Of a stretch of 60,651 bases of DNA, positions 47,617 to 56,435 are shown in pieces. The position numbers and the translations under genes are program-made. The number at the start of each line of letters is the position of its first letter. Positions within the stretch are counted from its first letter, which is position 1. The DNA is from Terriglobia bacterium (GTDB taxonomy: Bacteria > Acidobacteriota > Terriglobia > Terriglobales > Acidobacteriaceae), in contig JAIQFM010000001.1 in NCBI GenBank assembly GCA_020073285.1, positions 1 through 60,651 of the forward strand, written 5' to 3'. Below the pieces are notes generated by a model. That model searched no databases and was not told where the DNA came from. It worked only from the letters and a program-made list of their open reading frames with translations.

Positions 47617-50466
47617 ATGTCAGTCAGGCGACCTAATTCTGTTCGCACCGTGCTAGCGGCGCTGGTCGCCTTCCTGTTCCTCTCCGCCGTTTACCTGTAC
47701 ACGTTCCCGTCGCCCACGCTGGTTTACCCAGCCGTCGTTCTGCTGCATGTTCTTGCCGGCGTAATAGCGATGGTGCTGCTGGCGTGGTATGCCGCGCGCC
47801 ATCTCCGCGACTGGAGCGCACTATCCTGGACTGGGTGGGCGCTGCTCGGCGCTGGCGGAATTCTCGGCATTGTTCTGATATTCACCGGAACGCCGCACTC
47901 GGCGTGGAACTCGATGTACCTCCACATCCTGCTTTCGCTGGCCGCGGTTGTGGCCCTGGCAGCGCGTGGATGGGAAAGGCGCCGCTGGCTCGGCGGGGCG
48001 GGTGGAACAATCGCTCGTGTCGCGATATGCTCGGTCGCGGTCGTGGCGATCTCCGCCTTCGGGTACTCGTGGCGCAACGGAGCGTGGCTGCGCAGCCACG
48101 TCATCAAGAACCGTCCCGCGCCTGCGACCATGGATGGAGAAGGCGACGGCCCCAAGGGCGCTTTCTTCCCTAGTTCGGCGCAGACCGCCGACGGCAAGCT
48201 GATTCCCGGCAAATTTTTCCTGGAATCGCAAGCCTGCGAACGCTGCCACCAGACGATTTACAAACAGTGGTACGGCTCGGCGCACCATTTTTCGTCATTC
48301 AACAATCAGTGGTATCGCAAAAGTATCGAGTACATGCAGGAGGTGGTGGGGACGCGGCCGTCCAAGTGGTGCGGCGGATGCCACGATCCGGCGGTGCTGT
48401 TCAGCGGCATGATGGACACGCCGATCAAGCGGAACATTCATCGGCCGGAGGCGCAGGCGGGCCTGGGCTGCGTGATGTGTCACTCCATCGCGAAGGTCAA
48501 GAGCACCATGGGGCAGGGTGACTTCCTGCTGGAATACCCGCGGTTACACGACCTGGCGGCGAGCGAGAATCCGGTGGTCCGCGCGCTGCACGACTTTATG
48601 GTGAAGCTGAACCCGGAGCCGCACCGGCGGGTATTCCTCAAGCCGTTCATGCGCACGCAGACGGCGGAGTTCTGCTCGACCTGCCACAAGGTTCATCTCG
48701 ATGTGCCGGTGAACCACTACCGCTGGATCCGCGGCTTCAACGAATACGACAACTGGCAGGCGAGCGGCGTGTCGGGCCAGGGCGCGCGCTCGTTCTACTA
48801 TCCGCCGAAGCCGGCGCAGTGCGCCGATTGCCACATGCCGCCGGTAAAATCGGACGAGGCGGGCAACGTGAACGGCATCCTTCGCTCGCACGCTTTTGCC
48901 GCCGCCAACACCGCTCTGCCGACTGCCAACCAGGACCCCGCGCAACTGGCCGCAGTGGAGAATTTCCTGGAAAAATCCGTCTCGGTGGACATCTTCGCGC
49001 TGTCTCCGGCGCTGACCCCGGCGCTCGCCGCGGGCGGCGCGAGAAGCGAGATCGCAACCACCTTCGGCGTGGGCGAAGAAACTGAAACCAGCGTTGCGCC
49101 CGCCGGCATCGAAGCCGCTCCGGTCACGGCCCCGCTCAATCGCGCGCAGGGCGTGGTGCGCCGCGGCGACACCGTGCGCGTGGATGTGGTGGTGCGCACG
49201 CGAACGGTCGGACACTTCTTCCCTGGCGGCACCGTCGATGCCTACGACACCTGGCTGGAGTTGAAGGCCATCGACGGCAAAAGCCAGGTCCTGTTCTGGA
49301 GCGGCATGGTGGAAGACAACGGCCGCGGGCCGGTGGAGAAGGGAGCGCACTTCTATCGCGCGCTGATGATTGACGGCGATGGCAACCCGATCGACAAGCG
49401 CAACGCGTGGTCGACGCGAGCGCTGGTCTATGTTCACCTGATTCCGCCAGGGGCGGCTGATACGGTGCACTTCCGCCTGCATGTGCCGGAAAACGCCGGA
49501 GGCGAAATCAAGCTGCATGCCCGGCTGTGCTACCGCAAGTTCTCCTGGTGGAACACGCAGTTTTCCTTTGCCGGGATTCCCGATCCACGGCAGCAAGGGG
49601 CGGAATTCACACCCAATTACGACGAGCGCCGCATGGTGTTCACCGGCAGCACGGCCGATGTGTCGGGAAAAATCAAGGCCATTCCCAACCTGCCGATCGT
49701 GGCGCTGGCGGAAGACGAGGTGGCGCTGCGGGTAGCGCGGCGGGGCGCGCCCCAACCTAGTCCGCGAACCGAGTTGCGCGCCGATGACTGGACGCGCTGG
49801 AACGATTACGGCATCGGCCTGTTCCTGCAAGGCGATCTGAAGGGAGCGAGCGCGGCGTTTCAAAAGATCGCCGAGATCGATCCCAGCAAGGCGGATGCGT
49901 GGGTGAACCTCGGGCGCGTGGCAGTGCAGGAGGGCGACATGGGACGCGCGCGCCAGGTGCTGGAACGGGCGCTGGCTCTGAAGCCGCAGTTGGCGGCGGC
50001 GCATTATTTTTACGCGCGGGTGCTGCGCAACGTCGGCGAGTACGACGAAGCGGAAAAGCATCTGCGGCAGGTGCTGGCGCAATACCCCCGCGATCGCGTG
50101 GCGCGCAACGACCTGGGCCGCGTTCAGTTTCTGCAGCGCAAGTATGGGGAAGCGGTGGGGCAGTTCCAGGCGGTGCTGGCGATCGATCCGGAGGATCTGC
50201 AGGCACACTACAACTTGATGCTGTGCTACCAGGGACTGGGAAACGAGGCGGAAGCGCGGCGCGAACAGCAGCTCTACCTGCGCTTCAAAGCGGACGAGTC
50301 ATCGCAGGCCATCACCGGCGCTTACCGGCAGTCTCATCCGGAGGACAACAACGAGCGCCAGCCGATCCATGATCACGTGTCCGTGCCGCTTTCGGTGCTG
50401 TCCGCCTACAACGCCGAGCGTGCGCGAGTAGCGCGGAATGCGGCGCATGGAGGCGGCGGCAAGTGA
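47617..50466 (+). CDS. Membrane-anchored multiheme-motif cytochrome c / TPR fusion protein
   Basis: ORF trimmed to MSVRRPNSV. About 5 N-terminal hydrophobic helices. Five CxxCH motifs (CERCH, CGGCH, CVMCH, CSTCH, CADCH). C-terminal TPRs (residues ~720-900). Confidence 0.75.
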   Translation: MSVRRPNSVRTVLAALVAFLFLSAVYLYTFPSPTLVYPAVVLLHVLAGVIAMVLLAWYAARHLRDWSALSWTGWALLGAGGILGIVLIFTGTPHSAWNSMYLHILLSLAAVVALAARGWERRRWLGGAGGTIARVAICSVAVVAISAFGYSWRNGAWLRSHVIKNRPAPATMDGEGDGPKGAFFPSSAQTADGKLIPGKFFLESQACERCHQTIYKQWYGSAHHFSSFNNQWYRKSIEYMQEVVGTRPSKWCGGCHDPAVLFSGMMDTPIKRNIHRPEAQAGLGCVMCHSIAKVKSTMGQGDFLLEYPRLHDLAASENPVVRALHDFMVKLNPEPHRRVFLKPFMRTQTAEFCSTCHKVHLDVPVNHYRWIRGFNEYDNWQASGVSGQGARSFYYPPKPAQCADCHMPPVKSDEAGNVNGILRSHAFAAANTALPTANQDPAQLAAVENFLEKSVSVDIFALSPALTPALAAGGARSEIATTFGVGEETETSVAPAGIEAAPVTAPLNRAQGVVRRGDTVRVDVVVRTRTVGHFFPGGTVDAYDTWLELKAIDGKSQVLFWSGMVEDNGRGPVEKGAHFYRALMIDGDGNPIDKRNAWSTRALVYVHLIPPGAADTVHFRLHVPENAGGEIKLHARLCYRKFSWWNTQFSFAGIPDPRQQGAEFTPNYDERRMVFTGSTADVSGKIKAIPNLPIVALAEDEVALRVARRGAPQPSPRTELRADDWTRWNDYGIGLFLQGDLKGASAAFQKIAEIDPSKADAWVNLGRVAVQEGDMGRARQVLERALALKPQLAAAHYFYARVLRNVGEYDEAEKHLRQVLAQYPRDRVARNDLGRVQFLQRKYGEAVGQFQAVLAIDPEDLQAHYNLMLCYQGLGNEAEARREQQLYLRFKADESSQAITGAYRQSHPEDNNERQPIHDHVSVPLSVLSAYNAERARVARNAAHGGGGK

Positions 50467-52157
50467 GGAGACTCCGTTCTGCGCGCGTGCTGGCGGCGGT
50501 GGCGTTAGCCGCGTCGATGGCCGTCGCGCAAAGCAAGCCGGGACAAATTCAGTTCCGTGACATCGCGCAAAACGCGGGCATCCGCTTCGTGCACAACAAC
50601 GGCGCCTTCGGAAAGAAATATCTGCCGGAGACGCTTGGCCCGGGCTGCGCCTTCTTGGATTACGACAACGACGGTTATCCCGACATCCTGCTGGTCAATG
50701 GCGCCGCCTGGCCGGGACACGGGCGCGCCGCGACCACGCTGAAGCTGTATCACAATAACCGCAACGGCACGTTCAGCGACGTGACCGCCAAGGCCGGGCT
50801 GGCGGTCAGCATGTACGGCATGGGCGCGGCGGTGGGCGACTACGACAACGACGGCTACGACGACATCTTCATCACCGCGGTGGGCCAGAGTCGGCTGTTT
50901 CACAACAACGGCAACGGGACCTTCACCGATGTGACGCGCGCCGCCGGCTTGTGGGGCATCCAGGAATTCAGCACCAGCGCGGCTTGGGTGGATTACGACA
51001 AAGACGGACTGCTGGACCTGGTGGTCGCCAACTACGTGCAATGGTCGCCCGAAAAGGACCTGTTCTGCACGATGGACGGGACGCACAAGTCGTACTGCAC
51101 GCCGGAGTCGTACAAGGGAGCGTCGCTGCGGCTGTGGCACAACCTGGGTCACGGAAAATTCGAGGACGCGACCGCCAAGGCGGGCTTACACGACCCCAAT
51201 TCCAAGGGGCTCGGCATCGCCGTGCTCGACTACGACCAGGACGGCTGGCCCGACCTGCTGCTGGCCAACGATACCCAGCCCAACAAACTCTACCGGAACA
51301 ACCGCAACGGGACTTTTAGCGAGCACGGCGCCACCGCGGGGATTGCCTTCAGCGAAGATGGTGTGGCGCGCTCCGGGATGGGCGTGGATGCGGCCGATTA
51401 CGACCGCTCCGGGCGGCCCAGCATCGTCATCACCAATTTTTCCAACCAGATGATGGCGCTGTATCACAACGAGGGCAACGGCTTGTTCGTGGACGAAGCG
51501 CCGCGCTCGGAGATCGGGCGCGCCAGCCTGCTGACGCTGGGATTCGGCTGCTTCTTTTTCGACTTCGATCTCGACGGATGGCTGGACATGTTCGTTGCCA
51601 ACGGGCACTTGGATAACGACATCGAGCGCATCCAGAAACGCATCAAGTACCGCCAGCCGCCGCACCTGTTCCGCAATCTCGGCAACGGCAAGTTTGCCGA
51701 AGTGGCGGCTTCGGCGGGAGCGGCGTTTGACAAGCCGCGGGTTGCGCGCGGCGCCGCCTACGCCGATATTGACAATGACGGCGACCTCGATCTGCTGATC
51801 ACCACCAACGGCGGGTCCGCCGTGCTCTTCCGCAACGACGGCGGCAGCAATCACAGCCTGCGCGTGAAGCTGGTGGGCACGAAATCCAATCGCGACGGCA
51901 TTGGCGCGGTGGTGCGCGTGCATTCCGGCAAGGACCGGCAGTGGCAGATGCTGCGCAGCGGTTCCAGCTATTTGTCGCAAAGTGAACTGGTGCTGACCTT
52001 CGGCCTGGGCGCCAATCCGCAAACTTCCGAGGTCGAGGTACAGTGGCCCAGCGGGCAGGTGGACCGCCTGCAAAACGTCGCCGCCGACCGGATAATTACC
52101 GTCCAGGAAGGCCGCGGCGTAATATCTTCTCGCAAGTACTCCAAGCGATCGGAATAG
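50463..52157 (+). CDS. CRTAC1-family FG-GAP/VCBS repeat protein with ASPIC/UnbV domain
   Basis: GTGA overlap with the upstream stop. Signal peptide. Seven DxDxDG repeats. NRDGIGAVVRVHSG...RSGSSYLSQSELVLTFGLG. Confidence 0.85.
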   Translation: MRRLRSARVLAAVALAASMAVAQSKPGQIQFRDIAQNAGIRFVHNNGAFGKKYLPETLGPGCAFLDYDNDGYPDILLVNGAAWPGHGRAATTLKLYHNNRNGTFSDVTAKAGLAVSMYGMGAAVGDYDNDGYDDIFITAVGQSRLFHNNGNGTFTDVTRAAGLWGIQEFSTSAAWVDYDKDGLLDLVVANYVQWSPEKDLFCTMDGTHKSYCTPESYKGASLRLWHNLGHGKFEDATAKAGLHDPNSKGLGIAVLDYDQDGWPDLLLANDTQPNKLYRNNRNGTFSEHGATAGIAFSEDGVARSGMGVDAADYDRSGRPSIVITNFSNQMMALYHNEGNGLFVDEAPRSEIGRASLLTLGFGCFFFDFDLDGWLDMFVANGHLDNDIERIQKRIKYRQPPHLFRNLGNGKFAEVAASAGAAFDKPRVARGAAYADIDNDGDLDLLITTNGGSAVLFRNDGGSNHSLRVKLVGTKSNRDGIGAVVRVHSGKDRQWQMLRSGSSYLSQSELVLTFGLGANPQTSEVEVQWPSGQVDRLQNVAADRIITVQEGRGVISSRKYSKRSE

Positions 52158-52161
52158 CACC

Positions 52162-55100
52162 TTGCTGGAATGGGCGCGCGGTTCAAAGTGGCTGCTGGCG
52201 TGCGCGCTGGCCGCCGGCCTCGTCGTGGGCAGCGGAACGGCGCAGACGCGAAAACCCGCTTCGCCGCCGCGGGCGAATGCGGCGGCGGAAGCGTTGCGGC
52301 TCAACAATGTCGGGGTGGCGTACATCGGCCAGCAGCGGTTGCAGGATGCGCTGCGGGCCTTCCGGCGCGCGCAACAGCTTGATCCGAAGCTGCAATCGGC
52401 GCGCCTGAATCAAGGCATCGCGCTGCTGAATTTGCAGCGTTTCTCGGAGGCACGGCGGTTGCTGCGGGGGATCGCCGAGCGCGATCCGAACGACCCGAAG
52501 GTCTGGTACAACCTCGGCCTGTTGGAGCGCGCGGACGGGCAGGACAAGGCGGCGCTGGAGGATTTCCAACGCGCCGCCAAGTTGGCGCCCGCGGACGCCG
52601 ACACGTTTTATTTCCTCGGCGCGATCTATTCGCAGTTGCATCGCGAGCGGGAAGCGATTGCGGCGCTGAAGCAGGCGCTGGCGCTGGATCCGTTTCACGC
52701 CTCGGCGGAGTTCGCGCTGGCGCGCGCTTATCAGCGTCTGAACGATACCGATGCGGCCAAACCGCACCTGGCGCGCTTCCAGGACCTCACGCGCAACAAG
52801 TTGGGAGCGCTGGTCGGACAAGCGTACGGTGAGCAAGGGCCGCTGTCGCTGGCGCAGCCGGCGAAGGGAGGGGCGCAATCCGCACCACCACCGGTTCCCG
52901 TGCGATTTGTTTACGCGACCATCGAAGCGGGGCTCGCTACAACGGCAAAACCGGCCACAGCGATCTCGCCGAACCCTTTCGACTCCGGCGCTTGCTTCCT
53001 CGACTTCGACGGAGACGGCCTCCCCGATCTTCTGCTCGCCGACAACGGCCCGCAGGGCGGGCTGACACTGCTTCGCAATCTCGGTCGAGGGCGTTTCAGC
53101 GACGTCACTCGCCCGGCGGGACTCGATCCGAGTGCTCACGCGATTGGCTGCGCCGCTGCGGATTACGACAACGACGGCTGGACCGACGTCGCGCTCAGTT
53201 TTCCCAATCACGTCGCCCTGTTTCACAACCAGCATGACGGCACGTTCAAGGACGTAACCGAGCCCAGCGGCATTCGCGCCACACTTGCGCCTTTCGGGCT
53301 GACTTGGATTGACTACGACCACGATGGAGATGTGGATCTGTACATCGCCAGCAATCCGGTCGCAGGCAGCGCAGCGAAAGTTTCCAGCGAGCTCTGGCGC
53401 AACAATGGCAACGGCACCTTCACCGAGTGGACGGAACAGACGGGCCTCGGCACAGGCCCGAGCTTTTCCACCGTCGCCACGGACTTCAATAACGATCGGG
53501 CGGTCGACCTGGTTGTAGCGCCCGAGAGCGGGCAGCCGCGCATCCTGCTCAACCCGCGCGAGGGGAAGTTCAAAGCGGTCGAGCCGTGGTTGCACCCGGT
53601 GCAGCCGGTGGTCGGCATCGCGGCACTGGACTTCAACAAAGACGGCTGGATGGACCTGGCGTTCACGCACAGTTCAGCGCCCGGTGTGAGCCTGTGGCGC
53701 AACGTCGAAGGCAAGCGCTTTGAGCGGGTGCCTCTGCCGGACCTGCATTGGGCGCGCGCCTGGGGCGTTGCCGCCTTCGATTACGACAACGACGGCTGGA
53801 TGGACCTCGTCGCAGTCGGAGAGAACGAACAAGGCCGCGCCGAAATCCGCCTGCTTCGCAACACGGGAGCGAACGGCTTTGTGGATGTCACCGCGCAAAC
53901 TGGACTGGATAAGATTCAGCTCGCCCACCCACGTGCGATTGCAATCGCGGACTACAACGGCGATGGCGATGATGACATCCTGGTAACGCAAGCCAAGGGA
54001 TATTCTCCGGCGCTGTTTCGCAATGACGGCGGCAACAAGAATTCATCGCTGCGCCTGGCTCTCAAAGGTTTGGCGGACAACAAGACAGGCGTAGGCACGA
54101 AGGTCGAGGCATTCGCCGGCGCGCTGTGGCAGAAGTGGGAGCGGACCGGCTCGAGCTATCTCGGACAAAGCGTCACACCCGTTACCATCGGCATCGGACA
54201 CGCCAAGCGACTCGACATGCTGCGCCTGCAGTGGCCGACGGGCGTGGTTCAGGACGAAGTCCACGTTGCTGCGGGCATTGCGAGAATCGACGAGATCGAT
54301 CGCCGCGGCAGCTCGTGTCCTCTCTTGTTTGCGTGGGACGGCAGGCGCTACCGCTTTGTCGCCGACCTGATCGGCGCGGGCGTGGTTGGCCACTGGATCG
54401 GGCCGGGGCAGCGCAACGTGCCGGACCCGACCGAGTACATCAAGGTCGAGAACGTCGCCGCGCGCGGGCAGCGGCTGAGCTTCCGCCTGATGGAGCCGAT
54501 GGAGGAAGTGGTGTACCTCGACCAGGTGCGCCTGCTCGCCGTGGATCATCCCGCGGACCTGGAGGTGTATCCCAACGAGTACTTCGCGTCGAATCCGCCG
54601 TTTCCGGAGTTCAAAGTGATCGCCAGCCGCAACGCGCGGCCACCGGCGGGCGCATGGGATGATCGCGGGCGCGACGTGCTGCCGCTGCTGCGCGAGCGCG
54701 ATCACCGTTACGTCACCGCTTTCGAACTGCTCCCCTACAAAGGCTTTACCAAGTCGCATTCACTGGAACTGGACTTGGGCGCCCCGTATGTATCAGGTCC
54801 GTTGCGCCTGCTGCTGCACGGATACATCGAATATTTCACGGCGACCTCGATGTACGCCGCCGACCAGGCCGGCATCACGCCACTAGCGCCCTACGTGGAA
54901 GCGCTCGACGCCCATGGCCGCTGGGTCCGCGTGATTGAGGACATGGGTTTCCCCGCCGGTCTTTCGCGCACCACGGTGGCCGACCTCACTGGCAAATTGC
55001 CCGTTGGCACGCGCCGCATTCGCATCGGCACCAACCTGCAGATTTACTGGGACCAGATTCTGGTGGACCGCACCGCTCCCGGCGTTCCCGTCCGCACCGA

Positions 55101-55632
55101 GGAAGTGCCGCTGGCGCAGGCGAAGCTTGCGTTCCACGGCTATCCGCGTCCGATCGAACGGAAGACGCCCGGCGACCTCTCCTATATTTACGAAGACGTG
55201 AGCCTCACCGGACCCTACGCGCGGCAGGCGGGCGCGTACACGAGCCTGGGCGAGGTGCGCGAACTTCTAGCGGCGGCGGACGATTGGCACGTCATCTTCG
55301 GTTCCGGCGATGAGGTGCAACTGGAGTTTGATCCAGCGCAGCTTCCCGCGCTACCGCCCGGCTGGAAGCGCGACTACTTTTTCTTTGCCGACGGCTTCGA
55401 GAAGGACATGGATTTCTACGCCGCCGACGGGCAGACGGTCGAACCGCTGCCCTTCCACGCCATGCCGGAGTATCCGTACGCGCCGGGAAACTCGCCCGGC
55501 GACGCGTCGTACATCGATTACCTTCTGGAATACAACACGCGGTTTTACTCGGGCGCGGCGGAATCGGAATACCGGTTCCGCTACCGGACCTTGCCCCACG
55601 ATCCGCTCAAGCCCGGCGCGCCGGCCCACTGA
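52162..55632 (+). CDS. Large TPR / FG-GAP / ASPIC-UnbV protein with an uncharacterised C-terminal extension of about 430 aa
   Basis: 1156 aa. Signal peptide, N-terminal TPRs, FG-GAP loops (DFDGDGLPDLLLADNG, DYDNDGWTDVAL, DYDHDGDVDLYIA...), a UnbV block (NKTGVGTKVEAFAG...GSSYLGQS), then CPLLFAWDGRRYRFVADL... to the end. TTG start, uncertain. Confidence 0.8.
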   Translation: MLEWARGSKWLLACALAAGLVVGSGTAQTRKPASPPRANAAAEALRLNNVGVAYIGQQRLQDALRAFRRAQQLDPKLQSARLNQGIALLNLQRFSEARRLLRGIAERDPNDPKVWYNLGLLERADGQDKAALEDFQRAAKLAPADADTFYFLGAIYSQLHREREAIAALKQALALDPFHASAEFALARAYQRLNDTDAAKPHLARFQDLTRNKLGALVGQAYGEQGPLSLAQPAKGGAQSAPPPVPVRFVYATIEAGLATTAKPATAISPNPFDSGACFLDFDGDGLPDLLLADNGPQGGLTLLRNLGRGRFSDVTRPAGLDPSAHAIGCAAADYDNDGWTDVALSFPNHVALFHNQHDGTFKDVTEPSGIRATLAPFGLTWIDYDHDGDVDLYIASNPVAGSAAKVSSELWRNNGNGTFTEWTEQTGLGTGPSFSTVATDFNNDRAVDLVVAPESGQPRILLNPREGKFKAVEPWLHPVQPVVGIAALDFNKDGWMDLAFTHSSAPGVSLWRNVEGKRFERVPLPDLHWARAWGVAAFDYDNDGWMDLVAVGENEQGRAEIRLLRNTGANGFVDVTAQTGLDKIQLAHPRAIAIADYNGDGDDDILVTQAKGYSPALFRNDGGNKNSSLRLALKGLADNKTGVGTKVEAFAGALWQKWERTGSSYLGQSVTPVTIGIGHAKRLDMLRLQWPTGVVQDEVHVAAGIARIDEIDRRGSSCPLLFAWDGRRYRFVADLIGAGVVGHWIGPGQRNVPDPTEYIKVENVAARGQRLSFRLMEPMEEVVYLDQVRLLAVDHPADLEVYPNEYFASNPPFPEFKVIASRNARPPAGAWDDRGRDVLPLLRERDHRYVTAFELLPYKGFTKSHSLELDLGAPYVSGPLRLLLHGYIEYFTATSMYAADQAGITPLAPYVEALDAHGRWVRVIEDMGFPAGLSRTTVADLTGKLPVGTRRIRIGTNLQIYWDQILVDRTAPGVPVRTEEVPLAQAKLAFHGYPRPIERKTPGDLSYIYEDVSLTGPYARQAGAYTSLGEVRELLAAADDWHVIFGSGDEVQLEFDPAQLPALPPGWKRDYFFFADGFEKDMDFYAADGQTVEPLPFHAMPEYPYAPGNSPGDASYIDYLLEYNTRFYSGAAESEYRFRYRTLPHDPLKPGAPAH

Positions 55633-55638
55633 TTCCAT

Positions 55639-56076
55639 ATGTCCAACGGTCCCACACACCACACCGCGCGGTTGAAGACGCGCGTGCTGATGGTCGCCGT
55701 CATCGTCGGCAACGTTGCCGGCAATACTCTGCTCAGCCGCGGCCTGCACCATGGCGGATCGCGTCTCTCATCCTCGTTCCTGCACTACCTGCACGGAGTC
55801 GCCGACCCGTGGGCGATGGGCGGGGTATTGATCCTGATGGCGTGGATGATTGCGAACTTGTCGCTGCTCAGCCGCGCCGACCTCAGCTACGCGCTGCCGG
55901 TGACCGGGTCGGTGTCGTTCATGCTAATTGCGCTTGCGGGACATTTTTTTCTTAGCGAGCCGGTCTCGCTGGCGCACTGGATCGGCATCGCCATTATTAC
56001 CGTGGGCGTGGTGCTGGTGATCGAAACTCCGCCGCTCACCGTCGCCGTCCACGGCCCGCCGGAGGACGAACGATGA
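55639..56076 (+). CDS. Half-size EamA/DMT-superfamily membrane protein (subunit 1 of a split pair)
   Basis: 145 aa, about 4 TM helices, with a single EamA-like domain. Confidence 0.65.
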   Translation: MSNGPTHHTARLKTRVLMVAVIVGNVAGNTLLSRGLHHGGSRLSSSFLHYLHGVADPWAMGGVLILMAWMIANLSLLSRADLSYALPVTGSVSFMLIALAGHFFLSEPVSLAHWIGIAIITVGVVLVIETPPLTVAVHGPPEDER

Positions 56077-56435
56077 CGTGGCTGCTGGTGGCCATCATTG
56101 TTGTCTCCAACACCGCGGGTGACGTGTTCAACACCGCCGGCATGAAGCGGCATGGCCAGGTCGAGCACTTCAACCCCCGCGCCATCACCCACCTGGTCCT
56201 TCACCTGGCGCGCAATGGCTTTATCATTGCGGGCATCGCCTCACTGACGGTTTCCTTCGGCGCGCTGATCATGCTGCTTTCCATCGCGCCGGTCAGCTTC
56301 GCCATTCCCGCCACCGCAGCCAGCTTTCTGCTGGAAACCGTGCTCGCGAAAATCGCCCTCAAGGAGCGGGTCACGTGCAAGCGGTGGATTGGCGCGACAC
56401 TGGTGGCGATTGGGGTAGCGTTGCTGGCGCTCTAG
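56073..56435 (+). CDS. Half-size EamA/DMT-superfamily membrane protein (subunit 2 of a split pair)
   Basis: 120 aa, about 4 TM helices. ATGA overlap with the preceding gene. Confidence 0.65.
   Translation: MTWLLVAIIVVSNTAGDVFNTAGMKRHGQVEHFNPRAITHLVLHLARNGFIIAGIASLTVSFGALIMLLSIAPVSFAIPATAASFLLETVLAKIALKERVTCKRWIGATLVAIGVALLAL

Noticed and set aside
48544-50208. 554-aa minus-strand ORF. The same class applies to 8973-10532, 12774-14297, 52183-53670, 56375-57790, 59215-60405, 36957-37640 and 40309-41700.
   Set aside because: All lie opposite strongly supported genes. They have Arg/Gly/His-rich composition and no signal peptides, motifs or SD sequences.
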